A stretch of DNA of 64,000 nucleotides from Pirellulales bacterium (GTDB lineage Bacteria; Planctomycetota; Planctomycetia; Pirellulales; PALSA-1355). How positions within the stretch are numbered: position 1 is the first letter of the stretch; the number at the start of each line of letters is the position of its first letter. Shown one piece after another: positions 44,058 to 56,907 of this stretch. The notes beneath the pieces are model-generated. The model was not told the origin of the DNA, made no database searches, and saw only the letters and a program-made list of their open reading frames with translations. Both the position numbers and the translations under genes were made by a program. The stretch lies in the NCBI GenBank assembly GCA_041741015.1, contig JBGSKX010000136.1, forward strand, positions 5,525-69,524, written 5' to 3'.

Positions 44058-46169
44058 ATGTTCTCGCTTGATGATCGGCCCTACTCGCTTTGCGATCGGA
44101 TCACACGCCGCGAACTGATGCGGATTGGTGGGCTGAATTTGCTGGGGCTTTCACTGCCGGCCTTGCTCAGGGGCCAGGTTCAGGCGGCAACGAGCTCGCC
44201 GAATCCCACGTTCGGCCGGGCAAAGAACGTGATTTACCTCTGGCTGCAGGGCGGACCGCCGCAACACGAAACGTTCGATCCCAAGCCGGATGCCCCCGTC
44301 GAGATTCGAGGGCCGTTCAATCCGATTTCCACCAGTGTCCCAGGCATTCAGTTCTGTGAACTATTGCCGCGCACCGCACGATTGGCCCACAAGCTGGCCG
44401 TCGTCCGGTCGCTGTCGACTGACGACAACACGCACGACACCAGCGGCTATTGGGTGCTCACCGGCAACAAGTATCCCGGCGCCACGGCCCGAGAAATCAA
44501 GCCGAGCGATTGGCCCTACTTTGGCTCGGTGGTGAAGATGCTCAAGCCCAGCGAGCGCGTGCCGGCCCTCTCTAGTGTGTGGATTCCGGACATCATGCGG
44601 CTGAACGACAACGTTCGGCCGGCGGGCCAGACCGGCGGATTTCTCGGAGCGCAGTGGGATCCCGACCGCTTTATCGGCGACCCCTCGGACGAGAATTACC
44701 AGATTGAAGGCCTCTCGCTTCCCGAGGGGATTTCGCCGCTAAGGCTTGAAGGCAGGCTGTCGCTCTTCGAGCAGGTTGGACGGCACCTCGACCGGGCCGA
44801 ACAGACCGCCGCCATGCAGAACTACGACGAGATTCGCCATGCGGCGTTTGGGCTGTTGGCTTCGGGCGGAGCTCGCGATGCGTTTCGCGTGCGCGACGAA
44901 CCCGAGCAAGTGCGCGAGCGCTACGGCAAGAACCGCTTTGGCCAGTGCGTGCTGCTCGCCCGGCGACTCGTCGAGGCAGGAGTGCGGCTGGTGCACGTGA
45001 ACTGGCCCCGCGAGCCGGGCGACACGGCCGTCGACAACCCGATGTGGGACACGCACGCACAGAACGCGGACCGGTTGCAGGATGCGCTCTGCCCGATGTT
45101 CGACGTGGCCTATTCGGCCTTGATTGAAGATCTGGATCAGCGAGGGCTGCTGGACGAAACACTGGTCGTGGCGATTGGCGAATTCGGCCGCACGCCGAAG
45201 ATCAACCAGTTCGGTGGCCGCGATCACTGGGGACACGTCTTCAGTTGTGCACTCGCCGGGGCGGGCATCGCCGGCGGTCAGGTTTACGGTTCCAGTGACA
45301 AGACCGGCGGCTATCCGGCTTCGCAGCGTGTCGAACCGCAGCAGTTGACCGCGACGGTCTTCCACCTGCTCGGTGTTCCTGAGGGCGCGACGTTCCCCGA
45401 TCGCACCGGCCGCCCGCTACCCGTCACGCACGGCGATCCACTGTGGACACTGCTCGGCTCGCAGCCGGTTACGCTTGCTCGCAGTGAGCCAGGTGGCGAC
45501 GAGCGACTGGTGCCGCCTTACGACAAACGACAAATTGTCGATACCGACTTCGAAAGCGGCGAGCCGCTTGTTGCGCATGGCACGAAAACTCGCATGAAGT
45601 CGTGGCAAGCCTCGCCGCTCGCCGCCGATGGCACCACGTCGCTCACCGTAAAGCTCGCAAGCGATTCAGCCAGCGCGCGCGGCGGCGCCAGTCACGTGGC
45701 CATTCAATTCACCCCAGGGGCTCCGCCACGCACCCGCGCCATGCTCTCGCAGGAAGTCCGCAGCCCACGAGCGGGTCGATTTACTTTCTCCGTGCATGTC
45801 TCCGCAAGCGGCGTAGATAGCGAAGCCGTGCAGTCATTCCTGCAGAGCCACAGTTGCCGGCTGGTGATCTTCGGCTTCCTCGACCTGGAAAAGAACCATA
45901 CCCAGCACCGAGAGTTCGCCTCGACGGAGTTCACGCCCCAGTGGTCACCTGACGACAAGCCGACCAATGAGCGGTTCACCGTAACCGCCAATCTTCGCAG
46001 CCAGGACGCAGGTGCGATGGAAACCAGCCGCGGCGTTGGCGTGGCCGTGATCGTCGAGCAGCGGCCCGATGCGCCGGTGACTTCGCTAAGGCAGGAGGTC
46101 GTCATCCGAGTCGACGACGCCGAACTCACCTTCGATCCGCGTCCGCGAGATGACTCGGTGAAGGTGTGA
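44058..46169 (+). CDS. DUF1501 domain protein with ~240-aa C-terminal extension
   Basis: ITRRELMRIGGLNLLGLSL N-terminus and GEFGRTPKIN..GGRDHW core. 703 aa versus 441-462 aa for the three other paralogues in this window. GGAGA SD before the ATG at 44058. Confidence 0.8.
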   Translation: MFSLDDRPYSLCDRITRRELMRIGGLNLLGLSLPALLRGQVQAATSSPNPTFGRAKNVIYLWLQGGPPQHETFDPKPDAPVEIRGPFNPISTSVPGIQFCELLPRTARLAHKLAVVRSLSTDDNTHDTSGYWVLTGNKYPGATAREIKPSDWPYFGSVVKMLKPSERVPALSSVWIPDIMRLNDNVRPAGQTGGFLGAQWDPDRFIGDPSDENYQIEGLSLPEGISPLRLEGRLSLFEQVGRHLDRAEQTAAMQNYDEIRHAAFGLLASGGARDAFRVRDEPEQVRERYGKNRFGQCVLLARRLVEAGVRLVHVNWPREPGDTAVDNPMWDTHAQNADRLQDALCPMFDVAYSALIEDLDQRGLLDETLVVAIGEFGRTPKINQFGGRDHWGHVFSCALAGAGIAGGQVYGSSDKTGGYPASQRVEPQQLTATVFHLLGVPEGATFPDRTGRPLPVTHGDPLWTLLGSQPVTLARSEPGGDERLVPPYDKRQIVDTDFESGEPLVAHGTKTRMKSWQASPLAADGTTSLTVKLASDSASARGGASHVAIQFTPGAPPRTRAMLSQEVRSPRAGRFTFSVHVSASGVDSEAVQSFLQSHSCRLVIFGFLDLEKNHTQHREFASTEFTPQWSPDDKPTNERFTVTANLRSQDAGAMETSRGVGVAVIVEQRPDAPVTSLRQEVVIRVDDAELTFDPRPRDDSVKV

Positions 46170-46182
46170 CGCAGGTGGAGTT

Positions 46183-46986
46183 CTAGCCGTTCAGCGCCTT
46201 CAGCAGCGTACTGACGTACTCGCCGATGTCTTTGAGCACCGCCTCGCGCGGCTTACTGCCTGCTTCGGCTACGCGGCGGACGATCGCCGAGCCCACGATC
46301 AGGCCGTCGGCTACCGGGGCCAATCGCTTCACGTGCTCGGGCTGACTGATGCCGAAGCCGATACAGATCGGCAGCGGCGTCTGCTCGCGCAGCCAGCCGA
46401 CGTTTTCAATCAGGTCGCGCGGCAGCTCGGTCCGCTCGCCGGTGATGCCGGCTACCGAGACGTAATACAGGAAACCGCTCGAACTCTCGGCAATCTTGAG
46501 GGCTCGCTCGCGCGGCGTGGTCGGAGTGACCAGTTGCACGAGGCTAAAGTCCGCCGTCTTGCAGATGGCTGACAGCTCGCGGGCTTCATCGGCTGGCAGG
46601 TCGGGAACGATTGCCCCCGCAGCACCGGCCTTTTGCGCGTCCTCGACATATTTGGCCAGCCCGTGCCGCAAGATAATCGCGTAGCTGACCATCGTCACGA
46701 TCGGGGCCTTAACCTGGCCGGACACACCTCCCAGCATCGAAAGAATCTGGGCGAGCTTCACCTTCTTGTCGAGCGCCCGTGAGTACGACGCTTGAATTAC
46801 CGGGCCGTCGGCGATCGGGTCGCTGTAGGGAATTCCCAGCTCACAGAGGTGACTGCCGCGCGCGTCGAGCTCCTTGATCACCGCGGCGGTGAATTCCAGG
46901 TCGGGATCGCCCGCCGTCACGAACGGCATGAAGGCCTTCTGGCCGGCGCTACGAAGGGTCTTGAATAGCTGGTCGATCTTCGACAT
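46183..46986 (-). CDS. trpA: tryptophan synthase alpha chain
   Basis: AFMPFVTAGDPDLEFT, ELGIPYSDPIADGPVIQ, GFGIS motifs. Confidence 0.9.
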   Translation of the reverse strand: MSKIDQLFKTLRSAGQKAFMPFVTAGDPDLEFTAAVIKELDARGSHLCELGIPYSDPIADGPVIQASYSRALDKKVKLAQILSMLGGVSGQVKAPIVTMVSYAIILRHGLAKYVEDAQKAGAAGAIVPDLPADEARELSAICKTADFSLVQLVTPTTPRERALKIAESSSGFLYYVSVAGITGERTELPRDLIENVGWLREQTPLPICIGFGISQPEHVKRLAPVADGLIVGSAIVRRVAEAGSKPREAVLKDIGEYVSTLLKALNG

Positions 46987-47027
46987 GGATGATTCTGAAG
47001 GGGCTTACTTTCCGGCAAAAACAGACT

Positions 47028-48236
47028 TTACTTCGACGCTCCGGTCAGCCGGGCGATCTCGGCCGCGTCTTTGTCGCCACGGCCCGAGAGGCACACGACG
47101 ATCACGTCCTCCACGCTGCGGCCTTTGGCCAGCTCAACCGCCTTGGCCACCGCGTGCGAGCTTTCGAGCGCGGGCAGGATGCCCTCGGTGCGTGCGAGCA
47201 TTCCAAAGGCGTTCAGGGCCTCGTCGTCGCGGCAGTAGGTATATCGCACCCGGCCGGTGTCTTTCCAGTAGCTGTGCTCGGGGCCGACGCCCGGGTAGTC
47301 GAGACCCGCCGAGATCGAATGCACGTCGCACGTCTGGCCGTCTTCGTCCTGCATCACATAGCTGAAACTGCCGTGCAGCACACCAGGCTGGCCGTAGGAA
47401 AGCGGTGAAGCGTGCTGACCGGCTTCGGCCGAGCGTCCGCCCGCCTCAACTCCGACGAGTTCGACGCCTTCTTCCTCTACGAACGGATAGAACATGCCGG
47501 CCGCGTTGCTACCTCCACCCACGGATGCCACGACCAGATCAGGCAGGCGACCGAGCTGATGTCGAGACTGTTCGATCGTCTCGTAGCCGATGACCGACTG
47601 AAAATCGCGCACGATGACCGGAAACGGATGCGGTCCGACCACGGAGCCGAGAATGTAGTGCGTGGTTTCCACGCTCGACATCCACTCGCGCATCGCCTCG
47701 TTGATCGCGTCGCGCAGGGTGCGCGAGCCGGTCGAGACGGGCCGCACCTCGGCACCGAGCAGCTTCATGCTGAACACGTTTGGCTGCTGGCGGCGAATGT
47801 CCTCTTCGCCCATGTAAACCACGCAATCGAGTCCGAACCGGGCACAAGCCGTCGCCGTGGCCACACCGTGCTGGCCTGCGCCCGTCTCGGCGATCACTCG
47901 CTTCTTGCCCATGCGGATCGTGAGCAGCGCCTGACCGAGCGTGTTGTTGATCTTGTGGGCGCCGGTGTGATTCAGGTCCTCTCGTTTGAGGTAGATCTGT
48001 GCCCCGCCGGTTTCCTTACTCAAGCGGCGGGCATGATAGAGCGGCGAAGGCCGGCCGACATAGTTGCGATACAGATCGTCCAATTCCGCCTGAAATGATG
48101 CATCGACGCGAGCTTTCTCATATTCGGCCGCCAGCTCGTCGAGCGCCCGCATGAGCGTCTCGGGAACATAGCGTCCACCAAAGGCGCCAAAGCGGCCGGC
48201 GGCGTCAGGAACGTGCGAACTTGCGGTTTTTGACAT
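47028..48236 (-). CDS. trpB: tryptophan synthase beta chain
   Basis: [31 protein letters not shown] (PLP Lys), GGGSNA. Start refined to the ATG at 48236. Confidence 0.9.
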   Translation of the reverse strand: MSKTASSHVPDAAGRFGAFGGRYVPETLMRALDELAAEYEKARVDASFQAELDDLYRNYVGRPSPLYHARRLSKETGGAQIYLKREDLNHTGAHKINNTLGQALLTIRMGKKRVIAETGAGQHGVATATACARFGLDCVVYMGEEDIRRQQPNVFSMKLLGAEVRPVSTGSRTLRDAINEAMREWMSSVETTHYILGSVVGPHPFPVIVRDFQSVIGYETIEQSRHQLGRLPDLVVASVGGGSNAAGMFYPFVEEEGVELVGVEAGGRSAEAGQHASPLSYGQPGVLHGSFSYVMQDEDGQTCDVHSISAGLDYPGVGPEHSYWKDTGRVRYTYCRDDEALNAFGMLARTEGILPALESSHAVAKAVELAKGRSVEDVIVVCLSGRGDKDAAEIARLTGASK

Positions 48237-48429
48237 GCTACTTTGTGGCTGCTTTGGCCCTGGAATAAAAGTCCGCGGCGGTGGCGGAACGCTGTATTGT
48301 CGGTCGCGGAGGGATTTGCGGCAAGGCGGGGTCGCCACTGTCCCTTTCGGTACCCATCCGCTTGCGAACCCCAGGGATGCTTTCCCTGGGAAATCTTCGT
48401 TGATTCGACGCTGCCACCGCCGCTCAGGT

Positions 48430-48714
48430 TCACAGCAGCTTCGAAGGATGTCCCACCCGCACCACCAGCGGCATCACTTTCGGCTGATAAATCTGCGTGT
48501 ACGGGACACCTTTGCGATGGCCATCCAGGGCTTCCTGCGAATCCCAGTGCTCGTTCAATAGGAACACGGATTCGTCGGCCGTCGAGTGATAGACGTCGAA
48601 CCGAGCACAGCCGGGCTCGGCCCGTGAAAGTTTCGCCGCCTCGAGCAGCAGATCCTTCACCGTTTCGATGTTGCCTCGATCCTGGACCGTGAGCAGGACG
48701 TTGATGTACAGCAT
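48430..48714 (-). CDS. ABM-domain (antibiotic biosynthesis / quinol monooxygenase-like) protein
   Basis: About 94 aa ferredoxin-like domain: [10 protein letters not shown]....D...F.L.E.W.S.EALD.H. Start refined to the ATG at 48714. Confidence 0.6.
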   Translation of the reverse strand: MLYINVLLTVQDRGNIETVKDLLLEAAKLSRAEPGCARFDVYHSTADESVFLLNEHWDSQEALDGHRKGVPYTQIYQPKVMPLVVRVGHPSKLL

Positions 48715-48878
48715 GGCGATTCGTGTCCCCTGGATGTACCTAGGTAGCTTCACAATTTAGCACATCGAGCGCCGCGGGGCGACTCGGGCGCGGGCTAGTC
48801 GCCCCCCTGCCCCGCGCAGTACACTTTGAGATTCCTTCCTGCGAACTTTTTTGGCGGTTTCGAGGGCATTCTCCAGCC

Positions 48879-50507
48879 ATGGACATGGACAAGCTGGTTT
48901 CGTTGTGCAAGCGGCGTGGGTTTCTCTTCCAGTCGAGCGAAATCTACGGAGGCCTGAACGGCTTCTGGGATTACGGCCCGCTGGGCGTGGAACTGAAGCG
49001 TAACGTCCGCGAAGCCTGGTGGCAGGACATGGTGCGCGGCCACGACGACATCGACACGCTGCCCGGTGCGCCCGAGCCGTTCGAGATGACCGGCCTGGAC
49101 TGCACGATCATCATGCACCCACAGGTCTGGAAGTGCTCGGGACATTACGACCTGTTCCACGACTACATGGTCGATTGCCGCGAGTCGAAGAAGCGTTACC
49201 GCCACGACCAGGTGAACGGCCGCTGGGTCGAAGCCAAGGGCAAGCGGATCTTCGTCGCGACGCAACTTGGCGGCGACGACGCGATTGGTGAGACACAGCA
49301 GCGGGCCTTGAAGTTCTTCAATCTCCGCACGAAGGACGCTGAGCAACTCCAGTGGCAGGGTCCAATCGTCTCGCTGACGAAAGTGAGCGAATTTCAGCAC
49401 GTGCTGGGCCCCGACGCCAAAGAGATCGGCACGCTCACCGAGCCGCGCGAATTCAACCTGATGTTCAAGACTTACGTCGGGGCACTCTCTGGCGAAGAAG
49501 GCGCGGCTTTCCTTAGGCCTGAAACGGCCCAAGGCATCTTCGTTAACTTCAAGAACGTGCTCGACAGCAGCCGCGTCCGCGTACCGTTCGGGATCGCCCA
49601 GATGGGCAAAAGCTTTCGCAACGAGATCACGCCGCGCAACTTCACGTTTCGCTCGCGCGAGTTTGAACAAATGGAGATCGAGTTCTTTTGCCATCCGCAG
49701 GCGTCGCCCGAGTGGTACAGGTTCTGGCGAGACCGCCGCTACGCCTGGTACCTGAAGCTGGGCCTGGCGGGCGATCGATTGCGGTTGCGCGATCACGATA
49801 AAGATGAATTGAGCCACTATTCCGTCGGCACTGCCGACATCGAGTATGCCTTCCCGTTCCTGCCGCCGGGCGAGTTCGGCGAGTTGGAGGGCATCGCGCA
49901 TCGCGGCGACTTCGACCTCCGCAGCCATATGGAAGGAAAACTCGTCCGCAAGGGAGACGAACTAGTCGTCGAACAGGATGAAGACGGCAAGCCGCGGCAT
50001 CGCGGCAGCGGCAAGGACCTCAGCTACCGCGACGACATCACGAATGAGCGGTACATTCCGCACGTGATCGAGCCTTCGGCCGGCGCTGATCGGGCCACGC
50101 TGGCATTCATGTGCCAGGCCTACACCGAGGACGAAGCGCCGGACGAAAACGGCAAGATGCAGTCGCGCGTGGTGATGAAGCTTCACCCGCGGCTCGCCCC
50201 GATCAAGGCGGCCGTTTTCCCGCTGGTCAAGAAAGACGGGATGCCCGAGGTGGCTCAGGATATCTACAAGGCCCTGAAGAAGCGGTTCAACGCGTTCTAC
50301 GACGAGAAGGGGGCCGTGGGCCGCCGTTATCGTCGTCAGGACGAAGCCGGCACGCCGTACTGCATCACGGTCGACGGCCAAACGCTCGCGGATCAGACGG
50401 TCACGGTCCGCGATCGCGACTCGCTCAAACAGTGGCGCGTGAAAGTCGACGAGTGCGTCGAGGAGATCGCCCGGCTCATCGAATCCGGCGGCGCGGGCAT
50501 TGAGTGA
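48879..50507 (+). CDS. glyQS: glycine--tRNA ligase (dimeric class II)
   Basis: LCKRRGFLFQSSEIYGGLNGFWDYGPLGVELK, FRNEITPRNFTFRSREFEQMEIEFF, C-terminal anticodon-binding domain. Confidence 0.9.
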   Translation: MDMDKLVSLCKRRGFLFQSSEIYGGLNGFWDYGPLGVELKRNVREAWWQDMVRGHDDIDTLPGAPEPFEMTGLDCTIIMHPQVWKCSGHYDLFHDYMVDCRESKKRYRHDQVNGRWVEAKGKRIFVATQLGGDDAIGETQQRALKFFNLRTKDAEQLQWQGPIVSLTKVSEFQHVLGPDAKEIGTLTEPREFNLMFKTYVGALSGEEGAAFLRPETAQGIFVNFKNVLDSSRVRVPFGIAQMGKSFRNEITPRNFTFRSREFEQMEIEFFCHPQASPEWYRFWRDRRYAWYLKLGLAGDRLRLRDHDKDELSHYSVGTADIEYAFPFLPPGEFGELEGIAHRGDFDLRSHMEGKLVRKGDELVVEQDEDGKPRHRGSGKDLSYRDDITNERYIPHVIEPSAGADRATLAFMCQAYTEDEAPDENGKMQSRVVMKLHPRLAPIKAAVFPLVKKDGMPEVAQDIYKALKKRFNAFYDEKGAVGRRYRRQDEAGTPYCITVDGQTLADQTVTVRDRDSLKQWRVKVDECVEEIARLIESGGAGIE

Positions 50508-50535
50508 TGCTTCGAGAGGACATGTTGGATCGACG

Positions 50536-51357
50536 ATGAAGCCCTGCCTCGCCCAAGTCTCGACGCTCGAAGCCTCGTTTGCCGACGACGTGACGGAGTA
50601 CGCCGCTGGCAAGTGCGGCGCAGTCGAGATTTGGCTTGGCAAGCTCGATCAGTATCTGGAAAAGCACTCGCTCGAGGATGTTCGCAAGCTGTTGGCCGAG
50701 CACAATCTGGCCGCGCCGGTCGCCAGCTTTCAAGGTGGCCTGCTCACTAGCCAGGGCGAGGCTCGCAAAGTCCATTGGGAGGCTTTCGAAAACCGCCTCG
50801 CGCAATGCCGAGACCTGTCGATCGGAACGCTGGTCCTCGCCGCCGACGTAAATGGGCCCCTCACGCAGCAGGACCTCGACCGCGTGCAAGTGTCGCTCAC
50901 CCAGGCTGCTCAGACGGCTGGTCGTTTCGGCATGCGGCTGGCGCTCGAGTTCCAGGCTCGGTCCGCGTTCATCAACAACTTGCAAACCGCCGTGGCCGTC
51001 GTCGCGGAGGTCGGCAGCCCACACCTGGGGATCTGCCTCGACGCGTTTCACTACTACGTCGGGCCGAGCAAGACCGAGGATCTCGGCTACCTGAGTGCTG
51101 AGAACCTGTTTCACGTCCAACTGTGCGATCTGTCGGGCGCGGCTCGCGAATTCGCCGCCGACGGCGAACGAATCCTGCCCGGCGACGGTGACATTCCGAT
51201 GGCGGCGCTGCTCGCGCGGCTCACGGAGATCGACTATCGCGGCCATGTCTCGATCGAGCTGATGAATCCGCAGATCTGGCGAATTCCGCCGCGGCAATTT
51301 GGCGAGATCGCGATGACCGCGCTCAGGAAGCTTCTCGGCCAGGCGAGCATGGACTGA
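50536..51357 (+). CDS. sugar phosphate isomerase/epimerase (TIM barrel)
   Basis: LALEFQA, LDAFHYY, SIELMNP are typical of the xylose-isomerase-like fold. Start refined to the ATG at 50536. Confidence 0.65.
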   Translation: MKPCLAQVSTLEASFADDVTEYAAGKCGAVEIWLGKLDQYLEKHSLEDVRKLLAEHNLAAPVASFQGGLLTSQGEARKVHWEAFENRLAQCRDLSIGTLVLAADVNGPLTQQDLDRVQVSLTQAAQTAGRFGMRLALEFQARSAFINNLQTAVAVVAEVGSPHLGICLDAFHYYVGPSKTEDLGYLSAENLFHVQLCDLSGAAREFAADGERILPGDGDIPMAALLARLTEIDYRGHVSIELMNPQIWRIPPRQFGEIAMTALRKLLGQASMD

Positions 51358-51379
51358 CGCCGGCGACCGCGGTTGCTTC

Positions 51380-53758
<2,379 letters not shown>

Positions 53759-53911
53759 CGGGCAAGGCGAGTTCGGTTTGGTTGGTCAGCCGCAGGCGAA
53801 CAGGCTACGATAACCTTGCCGGCAGACAATTACTGAACACCAGTACATATACATAGTATCGGGATCTTCACGCCCCACGGCAAGCGTTTTCCCCTCGGAG
53901 CAGGACGGCTT

Positions 53912-54547
53912 ATGCGGCTCGGGATCTTCGGCGGAACCTTTGACCCTGTTCACTACGGGCACTTGCTGCTGGCCGAGAGCTGCCGCGAACAGCTCGCGCT
54001 TGATTCGGTGTGGTTCATGCCGGCAGCGCTGCCGCCCCACAAGCAAAAAGTGGCTCTTGCGCCGGCTTCCGCCCGGATCGACATGCTCAAGTTGGCGATC
54101 GGCGGCCAGCAGTACTTCGAGGTCTGTCCGTACGAGGTTGAACGCGGCGGCGTCAGCTACACCGTCGACACGCTCGAGCATTTTCTGACAGAGGATTCCG
54201 CGCGCGAACTGTTCTTTCTGATGGGAGCCGACTCGCTTCGCGACCTGCACACCTGGCGATCGCCGGAGCGAATCTGCCAGCTCGCGATTCCGGTATTCGT
54301 CACAAGAACGCTGCTGACCGGGCCGGCGGACCAATCTGTCGATTTCTCGCTGTTGGAAAGCTTCGTCGAGCCTGCGCGACTGGAAGTCATCCGCCAGCAT
54401 CGCGTCGACATGCCGCGGATTGATCTCAGCTCGACGGACATCCGCCGGCGGGTCGCTGAAGGCCGGAGCATTCGCTACCGGACGCCACGCGGCGTGGAGC
54501 GGTACATTGAAACGGCCGGGCTGTACCGCGAGTCGGTGTCTGCCTAA
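53912..54547 (+). CDS. nadD: nicotinate-nucleotide adenylyltransferase
   Basis: LGIFGGTFDPVHYGHL (HxGH motif) and ISSTDIRRR. Confidence 0.85.
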   Translation: MRLGIFGGTFDPVHYGHLLLAESCREQLALDSVWFMPAALPPHKQKVALAPASARIDMLKLAIGGQQYFEVCPYEVERGGVSYTVDTLEHFLTEDSARELFFLMGADSLRDLHTWRSPERICQLAIPVFVTRTLLTGPADQSVDFSLLESFVEPARLEVIRQHRVDMPRIDLSSTDIRRRVAEGRSIRYRTPRGVERYIETAGLYRESVSA

Positions 54548-54804
54548 GCTGCCATGCGCGGGCTAAGCATGCCGCGCAACGCCGGGCTTGGTGTTAACTC
54601 AGGAATTGCGGGCAATCCACGCAGGGCTTCCAGGACCTGGCTGAGTTGCTCGTGGGGACTAAGCGACAGGTCCAGAAACAGCCACTTCTGCCCCTTTAGC
54701 TCGCAGGCTCCAGCAGCACTACCACCGAACCAGTCCTGCCGAACCTGAAATCCGGCCTTCGTGGCCAGCGAGATGGCTTCGTCGAGCAATTCGACCGTAT
54801 GCAT
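54544..54804 (-). CDS. hypothetical small protein (86 aa)
   Basis: The ATG at 54804 is preceded by AAGGAAG 7 nt upstream. The 3' end overlaps the nadD stop by 4 nt (convergent). No family recognised. Confidence 0.4.
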   Translation of the reverse strand: MHTVELLDEAISLATKAGFQVRQDWFGGSAAGACELKGQKWLFLDLSLSPHEQLSQVLEALRGLPAIPELTPSPALRGMLSPRMAA

Positions 54805-55104
54805 TGCACGCTTCCTTGCTTGCATCTGCTAGCAGGCGACTAGCGCGCCTGCGGGGTGCCGAACTCTTTGTTACTGATCGGCAGCATTAGGCCGGGATTA
54901 TAGTGGCTTGCGTTTTAGTTGCCCAGCGGAGAGCGACGATATCCTCAAAATGCTCTAACTGCTACGGGCATAAAGAGTCCGGACACGCGGGCACGGCAAA
55001 GCGGCAGAACGGGCGCGATTGGGTAAGCGGGCCAAGCAGCCCGCGACGTTTCTTTCCCCGCGCGCATGTTGCTTCAGTTTCAGCGAACCCCCTGGGAAGC
55101 CAGC

Positions 55105-55926
55105 ATGTCTCCAGCGAAACCGCCTCAGGCTCCCAGTCTCGAAGAGCAAGTCGCGATTCTCAAGCAGCAGCTCCAGCAAGCTCAGAAGCTCACCTCGCTG
55201 GGCGATCTGGTCAGCACCACCACGCACGAATTCAACAACGTGCTGACCACGATTATCAACTATGCCAAGATGGGGCAGCGCCATCGCGACGACGCGACGC
55301 GCGACAAAGCCTTCGACAAGATCATGACCGCGGCCCAGCGCGCCGCGAAGATCACCAACGGCATCCTCGGCTTCGCCCGCAATCGTCCGCAGGGGTTCGA
55401 GCCGACGGATCTCGTGAAACTGATCGATGACTCGCTGCTGCTGCTCGAACGCGAAATGCAGAAGTATCGCGTCACCATCGAGAGACAATTTCAGGCGGTT
55501 CCCCAGGCGATGGTCAACTCAAACCAGATCCAGCAGGTGCTGATGAACCTGCTCGTGAACGCCCGGCAGGCCATGCCTAGCGGCGGCACGATCTGGGTCC
55601 GCCTGGTGCACGATCTGGCCAATCGCACGGTCGATCTCACGGTGCGCGACAGCGGGGCCGGGATTCCAGCCGATAAGCTCCCGCGCATCTTCGATCGATA
55701 CTACACAACCAAGAGCGGGCCCGACGCCAGCGGCAAAGGCGGCACCGGCCTGGGGCTTTCATTCTGTCGCGACGTGATCGAGGCCCACCAGGGACGCATT
55801 CGGGTAGAAAGCACCGTCGGCAAAGGCACCGCCTTCACGCTGAAACTGCCCGTCGCGCAAACGGCGGAAGTCGCGCCGCCTGTGACCATCGATATGCCGG
55901 TGGCCGCACCGCAGATGCCGGTCTAG
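55105..55926 (+). CDS. soluble sensor histidine kinase (HisKA + HATPase_c only)
   Basis: H-box STTHEFNNVLTTI, N-box LMNLLVNARQAM, G-boxes RDSGAGI and GTGLGLSFC. No TM or recognisable sensor domain. Start refined to the ATG at 55105. Confidence 0.8.
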   Translation: MSPAKPPQAPSLEEQVAILKQQLQQAQKLTSLGDLVSTTTHEFNNVLTTIINYAKMGQRHRDDATRDKAFDKIMTAAQRAAKITNGILGFARNRPQGFEPTDLVKLIDDSLLLLEREMQKYRVTIERQFQAVPQAMVNSNQIQQVLMNLLVNARQAMPSGGTIWVRLVHDLANRTVDLTVRDSGAGIPADKLPRIFDRYYTTKSGPDASGKGGTGLGLSFCRDVIEAHQGRIRVESTVGKGTAFTLKLPVAQTAEVAPPVTIDMPVAAPQMPV

Positions 55927-55955
55927 CCCGACGGCGGATCGGCCGATCCGTCGAC

Positions 55956-56780
55956 TTAGAACTCGCTGCCAGTCGGCGGCAATGGTTCGGGCATCGTCGG
56001 CCGTACTTCCGCCGGCATCGCTGGCAAATCCTCCGCGGGCATACCGACCTGATGCGGAGCCGGCACAAATGTTCCGCCCGTACGGGCCTGAATGCCGGCC
56101 AGGATCACCTGCTCCAGTTCAGTGTCCCGACCAATGCCGATCCAACCCCGAGTCGGTTCTTGACCGCCGACGGGGTTCGTGAGCCGCTGCAAGGCATCGT
56201 CGTTACGCAGGGTCTGCGAATTCGCCAGGCTGATCGAGCCGCTTTCAGGTCGGGCGACGTCTTCCAGTTCCTTGTAAACCTGCACGTCGACCTGAAATCC
56301 GCCTTCGACCGGGATCACGTACACCTTGGCGCGCCGACGCATCGATTGCAGTGTCGCGTGCCACCGCTGGTACGGCGTGACTGAGTCGTGGTTCCACGGT
56401 TCGAAGATCGTCGAGGCGCCGCGCGGATAGGTCTCCAGGAAGCCCTCGGTCAGGATATCGCCCACGACCCGCACGCGTTCTTCGTGCTCGACGCGAAAGT
56501 AGTCGTCCACAACGTCGACCGTCTGATCCCACACCAGGTCGGGGTCCATATTGCCAATAATCAGCGGGTTGCCCTGAGGCACGATCTCGGGATCGCCGCC
56601 AAACAGCACGGGCGGGTTGTACGTCGCCGGCTGCCAGGCGTTGCAGCCACAAACCGACGTGAGTACGGCGAACATTGCAATCGCCAGGAATCCCCGGCTT
56701 TGCCGATCGTCAGCGCGTACCCCGAGCGCGAATCTCCACAGCGGCCCCGGGTTTGGCCTGTCGCGGTGCATCGAGTTCAT
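55956..56780 (-). CDS. hypothetical lipoprotein
   Basis: Lipobox-like LTSVCGC after a hydrophobic segment. Pro-rich C-terminus. No family recognised. Confidence 0.5.
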   Translation of the reverse strand: MNSMHRDRPNPGPLWRFALGVRADDRQSRGFLAIAMFAVLTSVCGCNAWQPATYNPPVLFGGDPEIVPQGNPLIIGNMDPDLVWDQTVDVVDDYFRVEHEERVRVVGDILTEGFLETYPRGASTIFEPWNHDSVTPYQRWHATLQSMRRRAKVYVIPVEGGFQVDVQVYKELEDVARPESGSISLANSQTLRNDDALQRLTNPVGGQEPTRGWIGIGRDTELEQVILAGIQARTGGTFVPAPHQVGMPAEDLPAMPAEVRPTMPEPLPPTGSEF

Positions 56781-56907
56781 GCGGAAAGGGATTGGTCGCG
56801 AAGAAATGGGGCGGTAGTGTCCCGAAAAGCCATCTGCCCGGCAAGGTCGGTTACCGCCGCGGGACAGCCAATCAGGGCATCCCAGCTTGCCACGACAGCT
56901 TGCTAGC

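Noticed and set aside
46183-48236. trpB-trpA alone, without trpE/D/C/F, as an anomaly.
   Set aside because: Split trp gene organisation is common outside enterics, and the remaining genes are presumably elsewhere in the genome. It is not informative from this window.
48237-48429. Possible trp attenuator or leader upstream of trpB: an 11-nt inverted repeat gcggcggtggc / gccaccgccgc about 120 nt apart, plus an 8-bp hairpin cccaggga/tccctggg.
   Set aside because: The small ORFs readable on the minus strand contain no Trp codons, let alone tandem ones. There is no U-tract terminator. The hairpin next to 48430 is more simply the end of the ABM gene transcript.
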